64,000 nt of DNA from Clostridiales bacterium. Its GTDB lineage: Bacteria; Bacillota; Clostridia; Oscillospirales; Oscillospiraceae. The position numbers and the translations under genes were made by a program. Location of the stretch: positions 24,726 to 88,725 of the forward strand of contig SFIY01000005.1 of NCBI GenBank assembly GCA_004555205.1. Direction: 5' to 3'. Below the pieces are notes generated by a model that was given only the letters and a program-made list of their open reading frames with translations, did no database searches and had not been told where the DNA came from. Below, one piece after another: positions 40,910 to 50,310 of this stretch; within the stretch, counting starts at the first letter, position 1; the number at the start of each line of letters is the position of its first letter.

Positions 40910-42456
40910 GCCGACTCGCCTCCCTTCTCCTCGCGCTTGGCGCCTGCCATATACAGGCCCAGCTCCTGCACCGAAATCTTCTTGGGATCAAATTCGCCCA
41001 CAATCTCGCCCTCGTAAAGCACCAGAATACGATCGCTCAGACTCATGACCTCGTCCAGCTCCAGCGACACCAGCAGCACCGCCTTGCCGCGGTCGCGCTC
41101 AGCCACCAGTTGGCTGTGGATATACTCGATAGCGCCCACATCCAGACCGCGGGTAGGCTGCACCGCCACGATCAGCGGCTTGTCGCGGTCCACTTCGCGG
41201 GCAATAATCGCCTTTTGCTGGTTGCCGCCGGACATACTGCGTGCCACCGTAATGGGGCCCTGTCCGCTGCGGACATCGTACTGCTCAATCAGTTGTTCGG
41301 CATACTCACGCACTGCATCAAAACGAATGAAGCCGTTCTTCTGGAACCGCGGCTCCTGATAGCGCTGCAGTACCATGTTCTGTTCCAGCGTGAAGTCCAG
41401 AATCAGGCCGTGTTTATGGCGGTCCTCCGGAATATGGCTCATATTTTCGCCCCGCTGCTTGATAGGCAGATGGGTTATATCCTTGCCGCACAGCATGATG
41501 GTGCCCTCGCTCACCTTATCAAGTCCGGTCAGGCCGTGAATCAGTTCCGTCTGGCCGTTGCCATCAATACCGGCAATGCAGACGATCTCACCGGCACGCA
41601 CATCAAAGCTGACATGCTCCACCGCGTTTTTCTTATGTAAGTGCGACGGCACGCACATATCACGCACGCTGAGCACGGTATCCGCCGGCTTGGCTTCGTC
41701 CTTCACCACCTCCAACTGCACCGGACGGCCCACCATCATGTTGGACAGCTCCTGCTTGTTGGTATCGGCGGTATTGACAGTACCTACATATTTGCCCTTA
41801 CGCAAAACAGTGACACGATCCGCCACCTCCATGATCTCGTTGAGCTTATGGGAGATAAAGAGGATGGATTTACCCTCCTTACTGAGGTTTTTCATAATTG
41901 ACATCAGCTCGTCGATCTCCTGCGGAGTCAGAACGGCAGTGGGTTCATCAAAAATCAAAATCTCATTATCGCGGTAGAGCATCTTCAGGATTTCCACACG
42001 CTGCTGCATACCCACGGTAATGTCCTCCACTTTGGCATCCACATCCACCTTCAGGCCGTAGCGCTCAGATAGCTCCTGCACCTTTTCGCGAGCCTCTTTC
42101 TTTTGAATAAAGCCCAGCTTCGTGTTTTCTGCGCCCAAAATGATATTGTCCAGCACGGTAAACACATCCACCAACTGAAAATGCTGGTGCACCATGCCGA
42201 TGCCCAAAGCTGTGGCATCATTGGGGTCATTGATTTTCACTACCTGTCCGTTTTTGCGGATCTCGCCGATCTCAGGCTGATAAAGCCCGAACAAAACGGA
42301 CATTAAGGTAGATTTTCCGGCGCCGTTTTCGCCCAAGAGCGCGTGGATCTCACCCTTGCGAAGCTGCAGCGTAATGTCGTCATTCGCCTTAATGCCGGGG
42401 AACTCCTTGGTGATGTGATTCATTTCAATCACATACGGGGTTACACTCTCCATCAT
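40906..42456 (-). CDS. Nucleoside ABC transporter ATP-binding protein (tandem ATPase domains)
   Basis: GENGAGKST Walker A, LSGGNQQK signature, two NBDs, 516 aa. Confidence 0.9.
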   Translation of the reverse strand: MMESVTPYVIEMNHITKEFPGIKANDDITLQLRKGEIHALLGENGAGKSTLMSVLFGLYQPEIGEIRKNGQVVKINDPNDATALGIGMVHQHFQLVDVFTVLDNIILGAENTKLGFIQKKEAREKVQELSERYGLKVDVDAKVEDITVGMQQRVEILKMLYRDNEILIFDEPTAVLTPQEIDELMSIMKNLSKEGKSILFISHKLNEIMEVADRVTVLRKGKYVGTVNTADTNKQELSNMMVGRPVQLEVVKDEAKPADTVLSVRDMCVPSHLHKKNAVEHVSFDVRAGEIVCIAGIDGNGQTELIHGLTGLDKVSEGTIMLCGKDITHLPIKQRGENMSHIPEDRHKHGLILDFTLEQNMVLQRYQEPRFQKNGFIRFDAVREYAEQLIEQYDVRSGQGPITVARSMSGGNQQKAIIAREVDRDKPLIVAVQPTRGLDVGAIEYIHSQLVAERDRGKAVLLVSLELDEVMSLSDRILVLYEGEIVGEFDPKKISVQELGLYMAGAKREEKGGESA

Positions 42457-42594
42457 GTCACCTGCTTTCCTCGTATTTGCCTCTTTCTCCTATTATTTTC
42501 ATCTTTACAGAGTTTAGACAATTATAACCGTTTCCACTCAAAATTGCAAGGTTTGTACGAATCTCAGGGCTTTGCCGGCGCATTTTTTTGTATA

Positions 42595-42628
42595 AAGAAT
42601 AAAGAGGGCTTGTGCCCTCTTTATTCTT
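42595..42628 (-). terminator. Intra-operon stem-loop after the binding-protein gene (partial terminator or mRNA stabiliser)
   Basis: AAGAATAAAGAGGGC-TTGT-GCCCTCTTTATTCTT, 15-bp perfect stem, 12 nt after the stop at 42641. Confidence 0.6.
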
Positions 42629-42640
42629 ATGCTGCATCAA

Positions 42641-43756
42641 TCAGATGATGTTCAAAGCAACATGCTCGGTGGAAGCCAGTTTATTGAAGTCGGCGTCAAT
42701 GGTAATGGTGCCGTCCACGATCTTGGCAAACATATCGTTGTACTCTTCCACACTCCAGTTTTCCAGGGACCAGGTGGCGGTGGGCAGACCCACAGCGCCC
42801 TCAGCAGCACCCAGGTTGGCGCAGTTATCGCCGCCGAACTTCTCAACGAAGGTGCCGTCGTAGGCAGCAGTCAGCGCCATCTGCGCAGCCTCACCAATAC
42901 CCTTCAGAGCAGAGGTGATAACGGTATCGGAGGCGAAGGACTGGTCAACGTCCACACCGATCACAGCGGCATCGTTAGCGGATGCAGCAGCCGCGATGGA
43001 ATCGAAGATGGAGCCGCCGCAGGAGAAGATGACCTCAGTGCCGTTCTCATACCAGCCGGAAGCCAGCGCCTGCAGCTCGGCAGAGGGCTGGAAGTTGGCG
43101 CCATACTGCCAGGTGTAGTTCATTTCGACATTCACACCCTTGACAGCCGCAGCAGCCTCAGCGCCCTGCACATAACCGTAACCGTAACGGCAGCAGGCAT
43201 CGTTGGTGCCGCCGCCACCGCCGCAGAAGCCCAGCTTGGTGTAGCCTTCCATCACGGCAGCATAGCCGGCCAGATAGCCGCACTGCTCCTCATGGAAGAC
43301 GATACCGGCCACATTGTCCATACCCAGGGACCAGCCATCGATGAATACGAACATGACATCCGTAAATTCGGCAGCAGCCTTTGCCAATGCGTTGCCCTGC
43401 ATAAAGCCGGCGCAAACGACGACCTTGGCGCCGTTCTCAACGGCAGCCTTCATGGCGTCATAGCGGTCATCATCGGTAGCCTCAGCGCCGTTAGCAGGCT
43501 GATAATACTTGTAGGACTTTTCGTTCTTGGCAGCAAACAGCTTCACGCCGTCGTAAGTACCCTGGTTAAAGGACTTATCCTTCAACTGGCCAACGTCGGT
43601 CACGAAAGCGATCTCATACTTGCCGTCTTCGCTGGTCATCTCATCAGCGATGCTGTCGGGATTGGTTCCATCTGTCTGGCCGCCACCGCAGGCGACCAGA
43701 GAAAGCGCCATCACCAGAGCCAGGAGCAGGGATAAAAACTTTTTCATAATCTTCAT
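42641..43756 (-). CDS. BMP-family (PnrA/Med-like) nucleoside-binding lipoprotein
   Basis: Lipobox LSLVACGG and BMP-family body. Confidence 0.85.
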   Translation of the reverse strand: MKIMKKFLSLLLALVMALSLVACGGGQTDGTNPDSIADEMTSEDGKYEIAFVTDVGQLKDKSFNQGTYDGVKLFAAKNEKSYKYYQPANGAEATDDDRYDAMKAAVENGAKVVVCAGFMQGNALAKAAAEFTDVMFVFIDGWSLGMDNVAGIVFHEEQCGYLAGYAAVMEGYTKLGFCGGGGGTNDACCRYGYGYVQGAEAAAAVKGVNVEMNYTWQYGANFQPSAELQALASGWYENGTEVIFSCGGSIFDSIAAAASANDAAVIGVDVDQSFASDTVITSALKGIGEAAQMALTAAYDGTFVEKFGGDNCANLGAAEGAVGLPTATWSLENWSVEEYNDMFAKIVDGTITIDADFNKLASTEHVALNII

Positions 43757-43927
43757 ACCTTCCTTTCAATTTTGAGGGACATCCCCTTATGGGCATTATA
43801 GCAAAGGAACTATGCAAAGGCAAGTCTTTTGTGAATTTTATCCAATTTTGCCTGCAAAGCGACAGTGCCCGTCCTTTTCACAAGGACAAGCACTGCGAAT
43901 AATTTGTTTATATCGTACACATATTGG

Positions 43928-44590
43928 TTATTTTTCCATCATTTTGACGGTTTTTACAATGCGGCTGGTCCCCAATCTGTCAGCTCCCAGCGCCACAAAA
44001 TCGCGGGCATCGTCCAGACCGGCAATACCGCCGGCCGCCTTGATTTTCACATGAGGCGAAACATGTGCCTTGAACAGGGCAATGTCCTCCCGTGTGGCGC
44101 CACCGCCGCCAAAGCCGGTGGAGGTCTTGATAAACTCGGCGCCGGATTCACTGACCACGCGGCACATTTCGATCTTTTCCTCGTCCGTCAGCAGGCAGGT
44201 TTCGATAATCACCTTCAGCAGCTTACCGCCGCAGTGCGCCTTCACCGCGCGGATCTCCTCCAAAACCTGATCGTACAGACCGTCCTTGACCCAGCCGATG
44301 TTGATGACCATGTCGATTTCATCGGCGCCGTTCTTCACCGCGTCGGCCGCCTCAAAGCATTTTACCGCGGTGGTCGAATAGCCGTTGGGGAAGCCGATCA
44401 CCGTGCAGATGGCGATTTTCCCCGCCGCATATGCCGCCGCCTGCTTCACATAGGAAGCCGGAATACAGACGCTGGCGCAGCCATAGCGGATGCCGTCGTC
44501 ACAAATGGCTTGAATCTCAGACCAGGTGGCATTCTGCGCCAGTAAGGTATGGTCTACCTTAGCGAGGATCTCCTGTATCTCCTGTTTCAT
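43928..44590 (-). CDS. deoC: Deoxyribose-phosphate aldolase
   Basis: [22 protein letters not shown] (Schiff-base Lys). Confidence 0.93.
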   Translation of the reverse strand: MKQEIQEILAKVDHTLLAQNATWSEIQAICDDGIRYGCASVCIPASYVKQAAAYAAGKIAICTVIGFPNGYSTTAVKCFEAADAVKNGADEIDMVINIGWVKDGLYDQVLEEIRAVKAHCGGKLLKVIIETCLLTDEEKIEMCRVVSESGAEFIKTSTGFGGGGATREDIALFKAHVSPHVKIKAAGGIAGLDDARDFVALGADRLGTSRIVKTVKMMEK

Positions 44591-44669
44591 ATTGTTTCTC
44601 CTTTTTACAAGCTATTGGCAGGAAATCTACCGTCATTGCCGGAAAATATGTATCCCCTGCACAGGGAAA

Positions 44670-44696
44670 GCAGGGCGGAGAATCCCTCCGCCCTGC
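44670..44696 (-). terminator. Terminator after rubrerythrin
   Basis: GCAGGGCGGAG ... CTCCGCCCTGC hairpin just below the stop at 44706. Confidence 0.75.
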
Positions 44697-44705
44697 AAAT
44701 GATTC

Positions 44706-45266
44706 TTAGAAGTAGCGCTTCAGCAGGCCCTCGAAAGCCTTGCCGTGACGGGCCTCGTCGCGGGCCATCTCGTGGACGGTATCATGGATCGCATCCAGAT
44801 TGTACTTCTTGGCCAGCTTAGCCAGCTCGAACTTACCGGCGGTAGCGCCGTTCTCGGCATCCACGCGCATAGCCAGATTCTTCTTGGTAGAATCGGTGAC
44901 AACCTCGCCCAGCAGCTCGGCAAACTTGGCAGCGTGCTCAGCCTCCTCCAGGCCGGCCTTCTCCCAGTACATGCCGATTTCGGGATAGCCCTCCCGGTGT
45001 GCCACACGGGCCATCGCCAGATACATACCGACTTCCGTGCACTCGCCCTCGAAGTTGGCGCGCAAACCTGCGATGATCTCTTCCTGCACCTCGGCGGGAA
45101 CATCATTGCCGAACACCTTGCCTACGCCCACAACATGCTCTGCCGCCCAGCTCTTCTCCTCGGACTGCTGGATAAACTTATCAGCGCCAACATGGCAAAC
45201 GGGGCACTCAGCCGGAGCCGTATCACCTTCATGCACATAACCGCATACACTGCAAACCCATTTCAT
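44706..45266 (-). CDS. rbr: Reverse rubrerythrin (N-terminal rubredoxin, C-terminal ferritin-like diiron domain)
   Basis: [14 protein letters not shown]...CPVC rubredoxin at the N-terminus, then [14 protein letters not shown] / EEAEHAAKF diiron ExxH motifs. Confidence 0.9.
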   Translation of the reverse strand: MKWVCSVCGYVHEGDTAPAECPVCHVGADKFIQQSEEKSWAAEHVVGVGKVFGNDVPAEVQEEIIAGLRANFEGECTEVGMYLAMARVAHREGYPEIGMYWEKAGLEEAEHAAKFAELLGEVVTDSTKKNLAMRVDAENGATAGKFELAKLAKKYNLDAIHDTVHEMARDEARHGKAFEGLLKRYF

Positions 45267-45329
45267 TTTCGTAATCTCCTTTTCATTATCATTTTATTAT
45301 TTGAAGCGCAAAGTTTCCTTTGCGGCAGT

Positions 45330-45710
45330 TCACATTTGACAGTCGCTGCAGCATCCGTGGAACAGCACGGTATAATCTGTCAGCTCATAGCCGCAGCGAT
45401 CCTCCACCGCAGCGCACAAATCACCCAAAGGCGGCATTTCCACATCGTCCATCCTGCCGCACACATCGCAATGGACATGGTAGTGCGGGTGCGTTTGGTG
45501 ATCGTAATGATAGGCGCCGTCCGCCACCGGTATACGCAAAATCGTTCCCTGCTCTGCCATGCGGTTGAGCACACGGTAGACCGTCGCCTTACTGATTGTA
45601 GGATGCGCAGTACGCACATGCTCATACACCTCATGGGCCGTAGGGTGATTTTTCAGCTCACACAGGGCGGCATAGATCATATTCTTTTGTACGGTATGCC
45701 GCTCATGCAT
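45330..45710 (-). CDS. perR: Fur-family repressor, PerR-like
   Basis: Start MHERHTVQKNMIY with AAGGAG upstream. HPTAHEVYEHV wHTH, HHYHVHCDVCG...CCSDC metal sites. Sits 62 nt upstream of rbr. Confidence 0.8.
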   Translation of the reverse strand: MHERHTVQKNMIYAALCELKNHPTAHEVYEHVRTAHPTISKATVYRVLNRMAEQGTILRIPVADGAYHYDHQTHPHYHVHCDVCGRMDDVEMPPLGDLCAAVEDRCGYELTDYTVLFHGCCSDCQM

Positions 45711-45757
45711 CGGTGTCGCTCCTTGTTGCCGCTTATTGATATCTATTCTCAATTAGT

Positions 45758-45785
45758 ATTATATCCCATTTTTGTAATTTGTCAA
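45758..45785 (-). promoter_or_regulatory. Promoter of the perR-rbr operon
   Basis: Minus strand: TTGACA (45780-45785), 16 nt, TATAAT (45758-45763), followed by an AT-rich imperfect palindrome TTGAGAATAGATATCAA (about 45736-45752), a possible Fur/PerR box. Confidence 0.65.
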
Positions 45786-45800
45786 TAGGAAAATTGAAAA

Positions 45801-45830
45801 AAATACGACTGTCTTTCGACAGTCGTATTT
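45801..45830 (-). terminator. Terminator after the EF-G paralogue
   Basis: AAATACGACTGTC-TTTC-GACAGTCGTATTT with a U-run on the minus strand. Confidence 0.8.
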
Positions 45831-45840
45831 TAACAGGCAG

Positions 45841-47904
45841 TTATTCAGCCTCCGCCAGTGCTTTCGCCTCGGCGATCGCCTTCTCCTGCGCCGCAGCGGG
45901 GCAATCCTCGTAGCGGACGAAGTTGAAGGTAAAGGTACCGCGGGACTGGGTCATGGAACGCAGATCGATCGCATAGCTCATCATCTCAGCCATGGGCACT
46001 TCGGCCTCCAGCACCTGCTCACCGTCGCCGGTGGGATTCATACCCATGACGCGGCCGCGGCGCTTGTTCAAATCGCCCATCACATCGCCCAGATAGTTGT
46101 CGGGGATGGTGACCTTCAGCTCGCCGATAGGCTCCATCAGAACGGGCTTCGCCTCGGGCAGAGCGGCCTTGAATGCCAGGTTGGCGGCCAGCTTGAAGGC
46201 GATTTCGGAGGAGTCAACGGGGTGGTAGGAACCGTCGACCAGGGTGGCCTTCAGGTACACCACGGGATAGCCGGCCAGCACACCGTGCAGGCAGCTCTCG
46301 CGCAGGCCCTTTTCCACGGCGGGGAAGTAGTTCTTGGGCACGGAGCCGCCGAACACGTTTTCTTCAAAGATCATATCTTCCTGCTCGCTCTGCGGCTCGA
46401 AGATAATATGCACGTCACCGAACTGGCCGCTGCCGCCGGTCTGCTTCTTATAGCGGCCCTGCTTGCGGACGGTGGAGCGGATCTTCTCGCGGTAAGCAAC
46501 GCGCGGCGTATCCAGCTCAGCATCCACGCCGAAGCGGGACTTCAGCTTGGCGCACAGCACATCGATCTGGATGTCGCCGGCACCGGCGATGACGGTCTGG
46601 TGGGTTTCGGGATTATTGGTGACCTTGAAGGTGGGGTCTTCCTCGTTCAGCTTGTTCAGACCCGTACCCAGCTTTTCGATCTCCTGCTTGGTCTTGGGAG
46701 AAATGGCACGCTCATAGCAGGGCTGTGCATAATCCATGGCAGCCAGCTTGACAATGTTCTTGCCGTCGCACAGGGTATCGCCGGTCTTGACCTTATCCAT
46801 CTTGCCGATGGCGCCGATATCGCCGCAGCAGATCTCCTTGGTCTCTTCACTCTTCTTGCCCTTCATAAAGTACAGGCGGCCCAGCTTTTCGGTGTTGCCG
46901 GTGGTCACATTGTAAAGCGACATATCGCTGGTAACCTTGCCGCGAATAACCTTAATCATGGAGTACTTGCCGTACTGGTCGGAAATGGTCTTGAACACGA
47001 TGGCAGCGGTAGCGCCGTTGGGGTCGATAGCCACTTCCACGGCGTTGCCGTCCTCATCCTCAGCCGCCTCAGCGGGCATATCAGTGGCAACGGGAACCAG
47101 GTCGATGATGGTCTGCATCAGCATCTCAACGCCCATACCGGTCATAGCCGAGCCGCACAGCACGGGGCAGATGCTGCCGTCGCGCACGCCGATCTTCAGG
47201 CCCTTGGCCATATCCTCGGCGGACAGCTCCATGGTCTCGAAGAACTTCTCCATCAGCTCCTCATCCGCACCGGCGGCAGCTTCCATCAGCTCGGCGCGCA
47301 GCGCCTCCACCTCGTCAGCCATGTCAGCGGGGATGGCGCAGGCCGCCACCTTGCCGCCCTTGACTTCGTAAGCGGTATTGTGCAGCAGGTCAACGATCGC
47401 GGTGACCTTCTTGTTGTCGTCGATCACGGGAGCGACGATGGGAGCGATCACCTGACCGAACTTCGCCTTGATGGCCTCCAGGCAGGAGGCATAATCGCTG
47501 TTGTCTTCTTCCGTGCGGTTGACAAAGATCATGCGGGGCTTCTTACCCAGCATCTTCCAGGAACGCTCCATACCGACGGACAGGCCGTCCTTGGCGTTAC
47601 CCACGATTACGGCGCATTCGGCGGCGCGGATAGCGGACAGCGCTTCGCCGGAGAAGTCAAAGTTACCGGGGGCATCCATCACGTTGATCTTCACGCCCTT
47701 GTAGTTGACAGGTGCAAATGCCAGAGAAATAGAGATCTGGCGCTTGATTTCTTCTGCGTCGTAGTCACAGGTGGTGTTGCCGTCGGCCGTTTTGCCGAAA
47801 CGATCCGTGCCCTTGGTCATAAAGAGCATCTGCTCTGCCAAAGAGGTCTTACCGGAGCCGCCGTGGCCCAGCAGCGCGATATTACGAATATCATTAGCGG
47901 TCAT
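45841..47904 (-). CDS. Elongation factor G paralogue (stand-alone, divergent GTPase motifs)
   Basis: Five-domain EF-G architecture, about 687 aa. G1 GHGGSGKT, G3 DAPGNFDF, G4 NRTE. Not located in an str operon. Confidence 0.85.
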   Translation of the reverse strand: MTANDIRNIALLGHGGSGKTSLAEQMLFMTKGTDRFGKTADGNTTCDYDAEEIKRQISISLAFAPVNYKGVKINVMDAPGNFDFSGEALSAIRAAECAVIVGNAKDGLSVGMERSWKMLGKKPRMIFVNRTEEDNSDYASCLEAIKAKFGQVIAPIVAPVIDDNKKVTAIVDLLHNTAYEVKGGKVAACAIPADMADEVEALRAELMEAAAGADEELMEKFFETMELSAEDMAKGLKIGVRDGSICPVLCGSAMTGMGVEMLMQTIIDLVPVATDMPAEAAEDEDGNAVEVAIDPNGATAAIVFKTISDQYGKYSMIKVIRGKVTSDMSLYNVTTGNTEKLGRLYFMKGKKSEETKEICCGDIGAIGKMDKVKTGDTLCDGKNIVKLAAMDYAQPCYERAISPKTKQEIEKLGTGLNKLNEEDPTFKVTNNPETHQTVIAGAGDIQIDVLCAKLKSRFGVDAELDTPRVAYREKIRSTVRKQGRYKKQTGGSGQFGDVHIIFEPQSEQEDMIFEENVFGGSVPKNYFPAVEKGLRESCLHGVLAGYPVVYLKATLVDGSYHPVDSSEIAFKLAANLAFKAALPEAKPVLMEPIGELKVTIPDNYLGDVMGDLNKRRGRVMGMNPTGDGEQVLEAEVPMAEMMSYAIDLRSMTQSRGTFTFNFVRYEDCPAAAQEKAIAEAKALAEAE

Positions 47905-48061
47905 AATTCTGAGTTCTCCCTTCATTTGATAAAGCGTGTTTTTGAAAAAACGCGCAAATCGCTCAATATGCTGATTATATCTTATTTTTCCTAATCTGAC
48001 AACTACATTTTTCCGTTTTTTTGGTAGAATTTATCGTCAAAAATTTATTGTGTATGCCCAA

Positions 48062-48092
48062 AAACGCGGTTTGGCACATCCAAACCGCGTTT
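48062..48092 (-). terminator. Terminator after the 735-aa membrane protein gene
   Basis: AAACGCGGTTTGG-CACAT-CCAAACCGCGTTT with a U-run on the minus strand. Confidence 0.8.
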
Positions 48093-48098
48093 ACGGGA

Positions 48099-50306
48099 TC
48101 AGCAGTGTTTGACAAGGCCGCTGAGCAGCCCGGTCGGCAGCAGCCACAGCGTCAGGTAGAGCAGCATGTACAGCGCCGACAGGGCGTCAAAGTTCCCTGC
48201 GTGCGTGAAATAGTAGCTCAGCAGCAGGCCGCATACGCCGCCGGTATACGCCAGGATCGTGGTCAGCTTTACCGTGCGCACCAGGCGTCGGCTGCCGATG
48301 ACCGTCTCGGCAAAGGGCATCAGACCCTCGCGGTAGATGATGGCGTTGGGCTTCTCGCCCCGTTCATTGCACACATCCGACAGCGCCAGGCGCGTGGACA
48401 CATCCGGATAGACCGGCTTGACGTCCAAATTAAATTTGCGCTTGAGCAGCGACGGCGTGATATTGCCGCCGCGCACAGCCAGTACCGGCTCGATCCTGTT
48501 GCGGCGCAGGGCACGCAGCGCCCACTCCACATTGCGTGAGGGCTGGTACTTGATGGCAAAAACGGCGACCAGTACGCCGTCCACCGCCAGAAAAACGCCG
48601 GTCTTCAGCTTCAGATCCCGGGGCAGCGTCACCCGGGACTTCTTCATAAAGTACGCGCTGCCCATGGTAACGGTTTCGCCGCGGATCGTACCGCCCACGC
48701 CGCCTTCTTCATAGAAATGCAGGTCCTCCAGCTTCTCATGCACGCCGCCTTCACCGGCAAGCAGCTGGTCAAACAGCGGCGAGAGCTGGCTGCCTGCGGC
48801 GGCGGCCACCGTAGCGGCATAGGAGGCCACCTTACCGATCTCCTCACCGTACACCTTCAGGCCGTTCAGGCCCACCGTGCCGGGCGGGAAAATATCGCTG
48901 TCCGTCAGCACCATGCGGCGGCCGCGGCTGATCCATTTAGCCCCTTGATAACCGGCAACGGCACTGCCGCTTTTTTGCAGGCGGGCATTGAGCTGCTGCA
49001 AAGGCAAGCTCATCGTCAGCGGCAGCGACAAGGGCAGCGACGCCGACAGCATGGCCGACCAGACCCACAGGAAATGGCTCATGTCCTTGCGCGACAGGCA
49101 CACCACACCGGCAAGCACCGTTGCCGCCGACAGCAGCAGCGGCACCAGGGCAGACTGCCATACACGCACAGGGTCCCGTCCGCCGCTCATGCGGTAAAAG
49201 CCCTCCATCCGTCCCTTTTGCTTGCAGACACCGGCCGCTGTGCGGGACACCACATACGGCGGCGTACCGCCCAGGTTTGCCAGATGGAACCCTGCACGGC
49301 GGGCAGTAGCCGACAGCAGCAGGCCGTACTGGCACAGCCAGATCAGCACCGCCGCCACTGCCGAAAGCGGCAGGTTTTCGCTCTTTCCCGTGACAGCCCC
49401 GTAGACACAGTCCGCCAGCGACACCAACGCCGCCAGCGCCGCCGCCGTTTCGCAGCTTACGCGGCGATCACGCAGGCGCGCTGTCATTTCCTTCCATACA
49501 TCGGCGCATCCCAGTGCCGTCAGCACCAGCAATGCCGCCAGCACACCGCAGCGCACCGCGGCGTGATCGCGCCATACAGTCGGCAGCACGATCAGCTCAT
49601 GGAGCACCGACACGGCCACCGCCAGCAGCGCCGGTACCGCTGCCGCCAGCAGGTGGCTGCGCAGCTTCTTCATGCGCTGCTTTTCGTCATGATCCGCCTG
49701 TTCCATGTCCGGCTCCGGCTCCTGCGGCTCCTCCGGTTCGGTTTCCTCTTCCGCTTCCGGATGATCCCACAGTTCCTCCGTATCACCGATTACCGGTTCT
49801 TTCACCGGCCGCCGTTCTCTCATGGCAACAAGTCTGGCCGCCAAACGCTCGCGCCAGGTAGGCTGCACCTCCAAAATCTCATCGTTTTCTTCCAAAACGG
49901 CTTCCACCGTTTCGCTCATGATCCGGGTAAGGGGCACATCGTTGATATTGCCCTCCGGCTCGCCGGGATCCCGGTCCATGATAATCTCCGCCCGCTCCGG
50001 TGCGGTCGCTTTCTCCGCAGGCTCGGTCGGTGCTTCGGCAGAGATGCTCTCTTCCACAGGTGCGGTTATCTCCTCTTGTGGCGTGGTTGTCTCCTCTTGC
50101 GGTGTGGTCATCTCCTGCGCAGAAGGCTGCATTTCCTGTGCCGTTTCTTCCGTTTCCCGCTTTTGGGCAGGCTCCGCCCCACCCCGGCCAAATTCAGCCA
50201 GAATGGCGCCCAGCGAATATGCCTCGCCCTCCATGATTTCCACATCCTCCAAAAGGCGGGCCGTATCCAATGCGCTATGCAGTTCATCGCTGCGGTCTTT
50301 ACTCAT
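48099..50306 (-). CDS. Membrane protein with degenerate P-type (P1B-like) ATPase architecture and an acidic low-complexity N-terminus
   Basis: 735 aa. N-terminal 200 aa are E/P/T-rich with 7-aa repeats (TTPQEE). TM bundle, then a HAD-like region alignable by eye to CopA-type pumps but with the DKTGT, TGDN and GDGxND positions replaced. Confidence 0.6.
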   Translation of the reverse strand: MSKDRSDELHSALDTARLLEDVEIMEGEAYSLGAILAEFGRGGAEPAQKRETEETAQEMQPSAQEMTTPQEETTTPQEEITAPVEESISAEAPTEPAEKATAPERAEIIMDRDPGEPEGNINDVPLTRIMSETVEAVLEENDEILEVQPTWRERLAARLVAMRERRPVKEPVIGDTEELWDHPEAEEETEPEEPQEPEPDMEQADHDEKQRMKKLRSHLLAAAVPALLAVAVSVLHELIVLPTVWRDHAAVRCGVLAALLVLTALGCADVWKEMTARLRDRRVSCETAAALAALVSLADCVYGAVTGKSENLPLSAVAAVLIWLCQYGLLLSATARRAGFHLANLGGTPPYVVSRTAAGVCKQKGRMEGFYRMSGGRDPVRVWQSALVPLLLSAATVLAGVVCLSRKDMSHFLWVWSAMLSASLPLSLPLTMSLPLQQLNARLQKSGSAVAGYQGAKWISRGRRMVLTDSDIFPPGTVGLNGLKVYGEEIGKVASYAATVAAAAGSQLSPLFDQLLAGEGGVHEKLEDLHFYEEGGVGGTIRGETVTMGSAYFMKKSRVTLPRDLKLKTGVFLAVDGVLVAVFAIKYQPSRNVEWALRALRRNRIEPVLAVRGGNITPSLLKRKFNLDVKPVYPDVSTRLALSDVCNERGEKPNAIIYREGLMPFAETVIGSRRLVRTVKLTTILAYTGGVCGLLLSYYFTHAGNFDALSALYMLLYLTLWLLPTGLLSGLVKHC

Positions 50307-50310
50307 ACGC

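Noticed and set aside
46222-47994. Very long ORFs antisense to recognisable genes. Examples: 748-1701(-), 4982-6199(+), 6066-7613(+), 9873-10925(+), 10922-12619(+), 17164-17958(-), 18406-20337(-), 23437-24573(-), 24754-25818(-), 35172-36149(+), 42629-43735(+), 44745-45788(+), 46222-47994(+), 48717-50357(+), 49822-51225(+), 51271-53343(-), 54386-55903(+), 56161-57441(-), 57329-58144(-), 58714-59622(+), 59552-60469(+), 60505-61653(+).
   Set aside because: Each lies opposite a gene with unmistakable family motifs. Their translations are the R/H/G/A/L/Q-rich low-information sequences typical of shadow ORFs in 60% GC DNA. None has an SD, promoter or terminator of its own.
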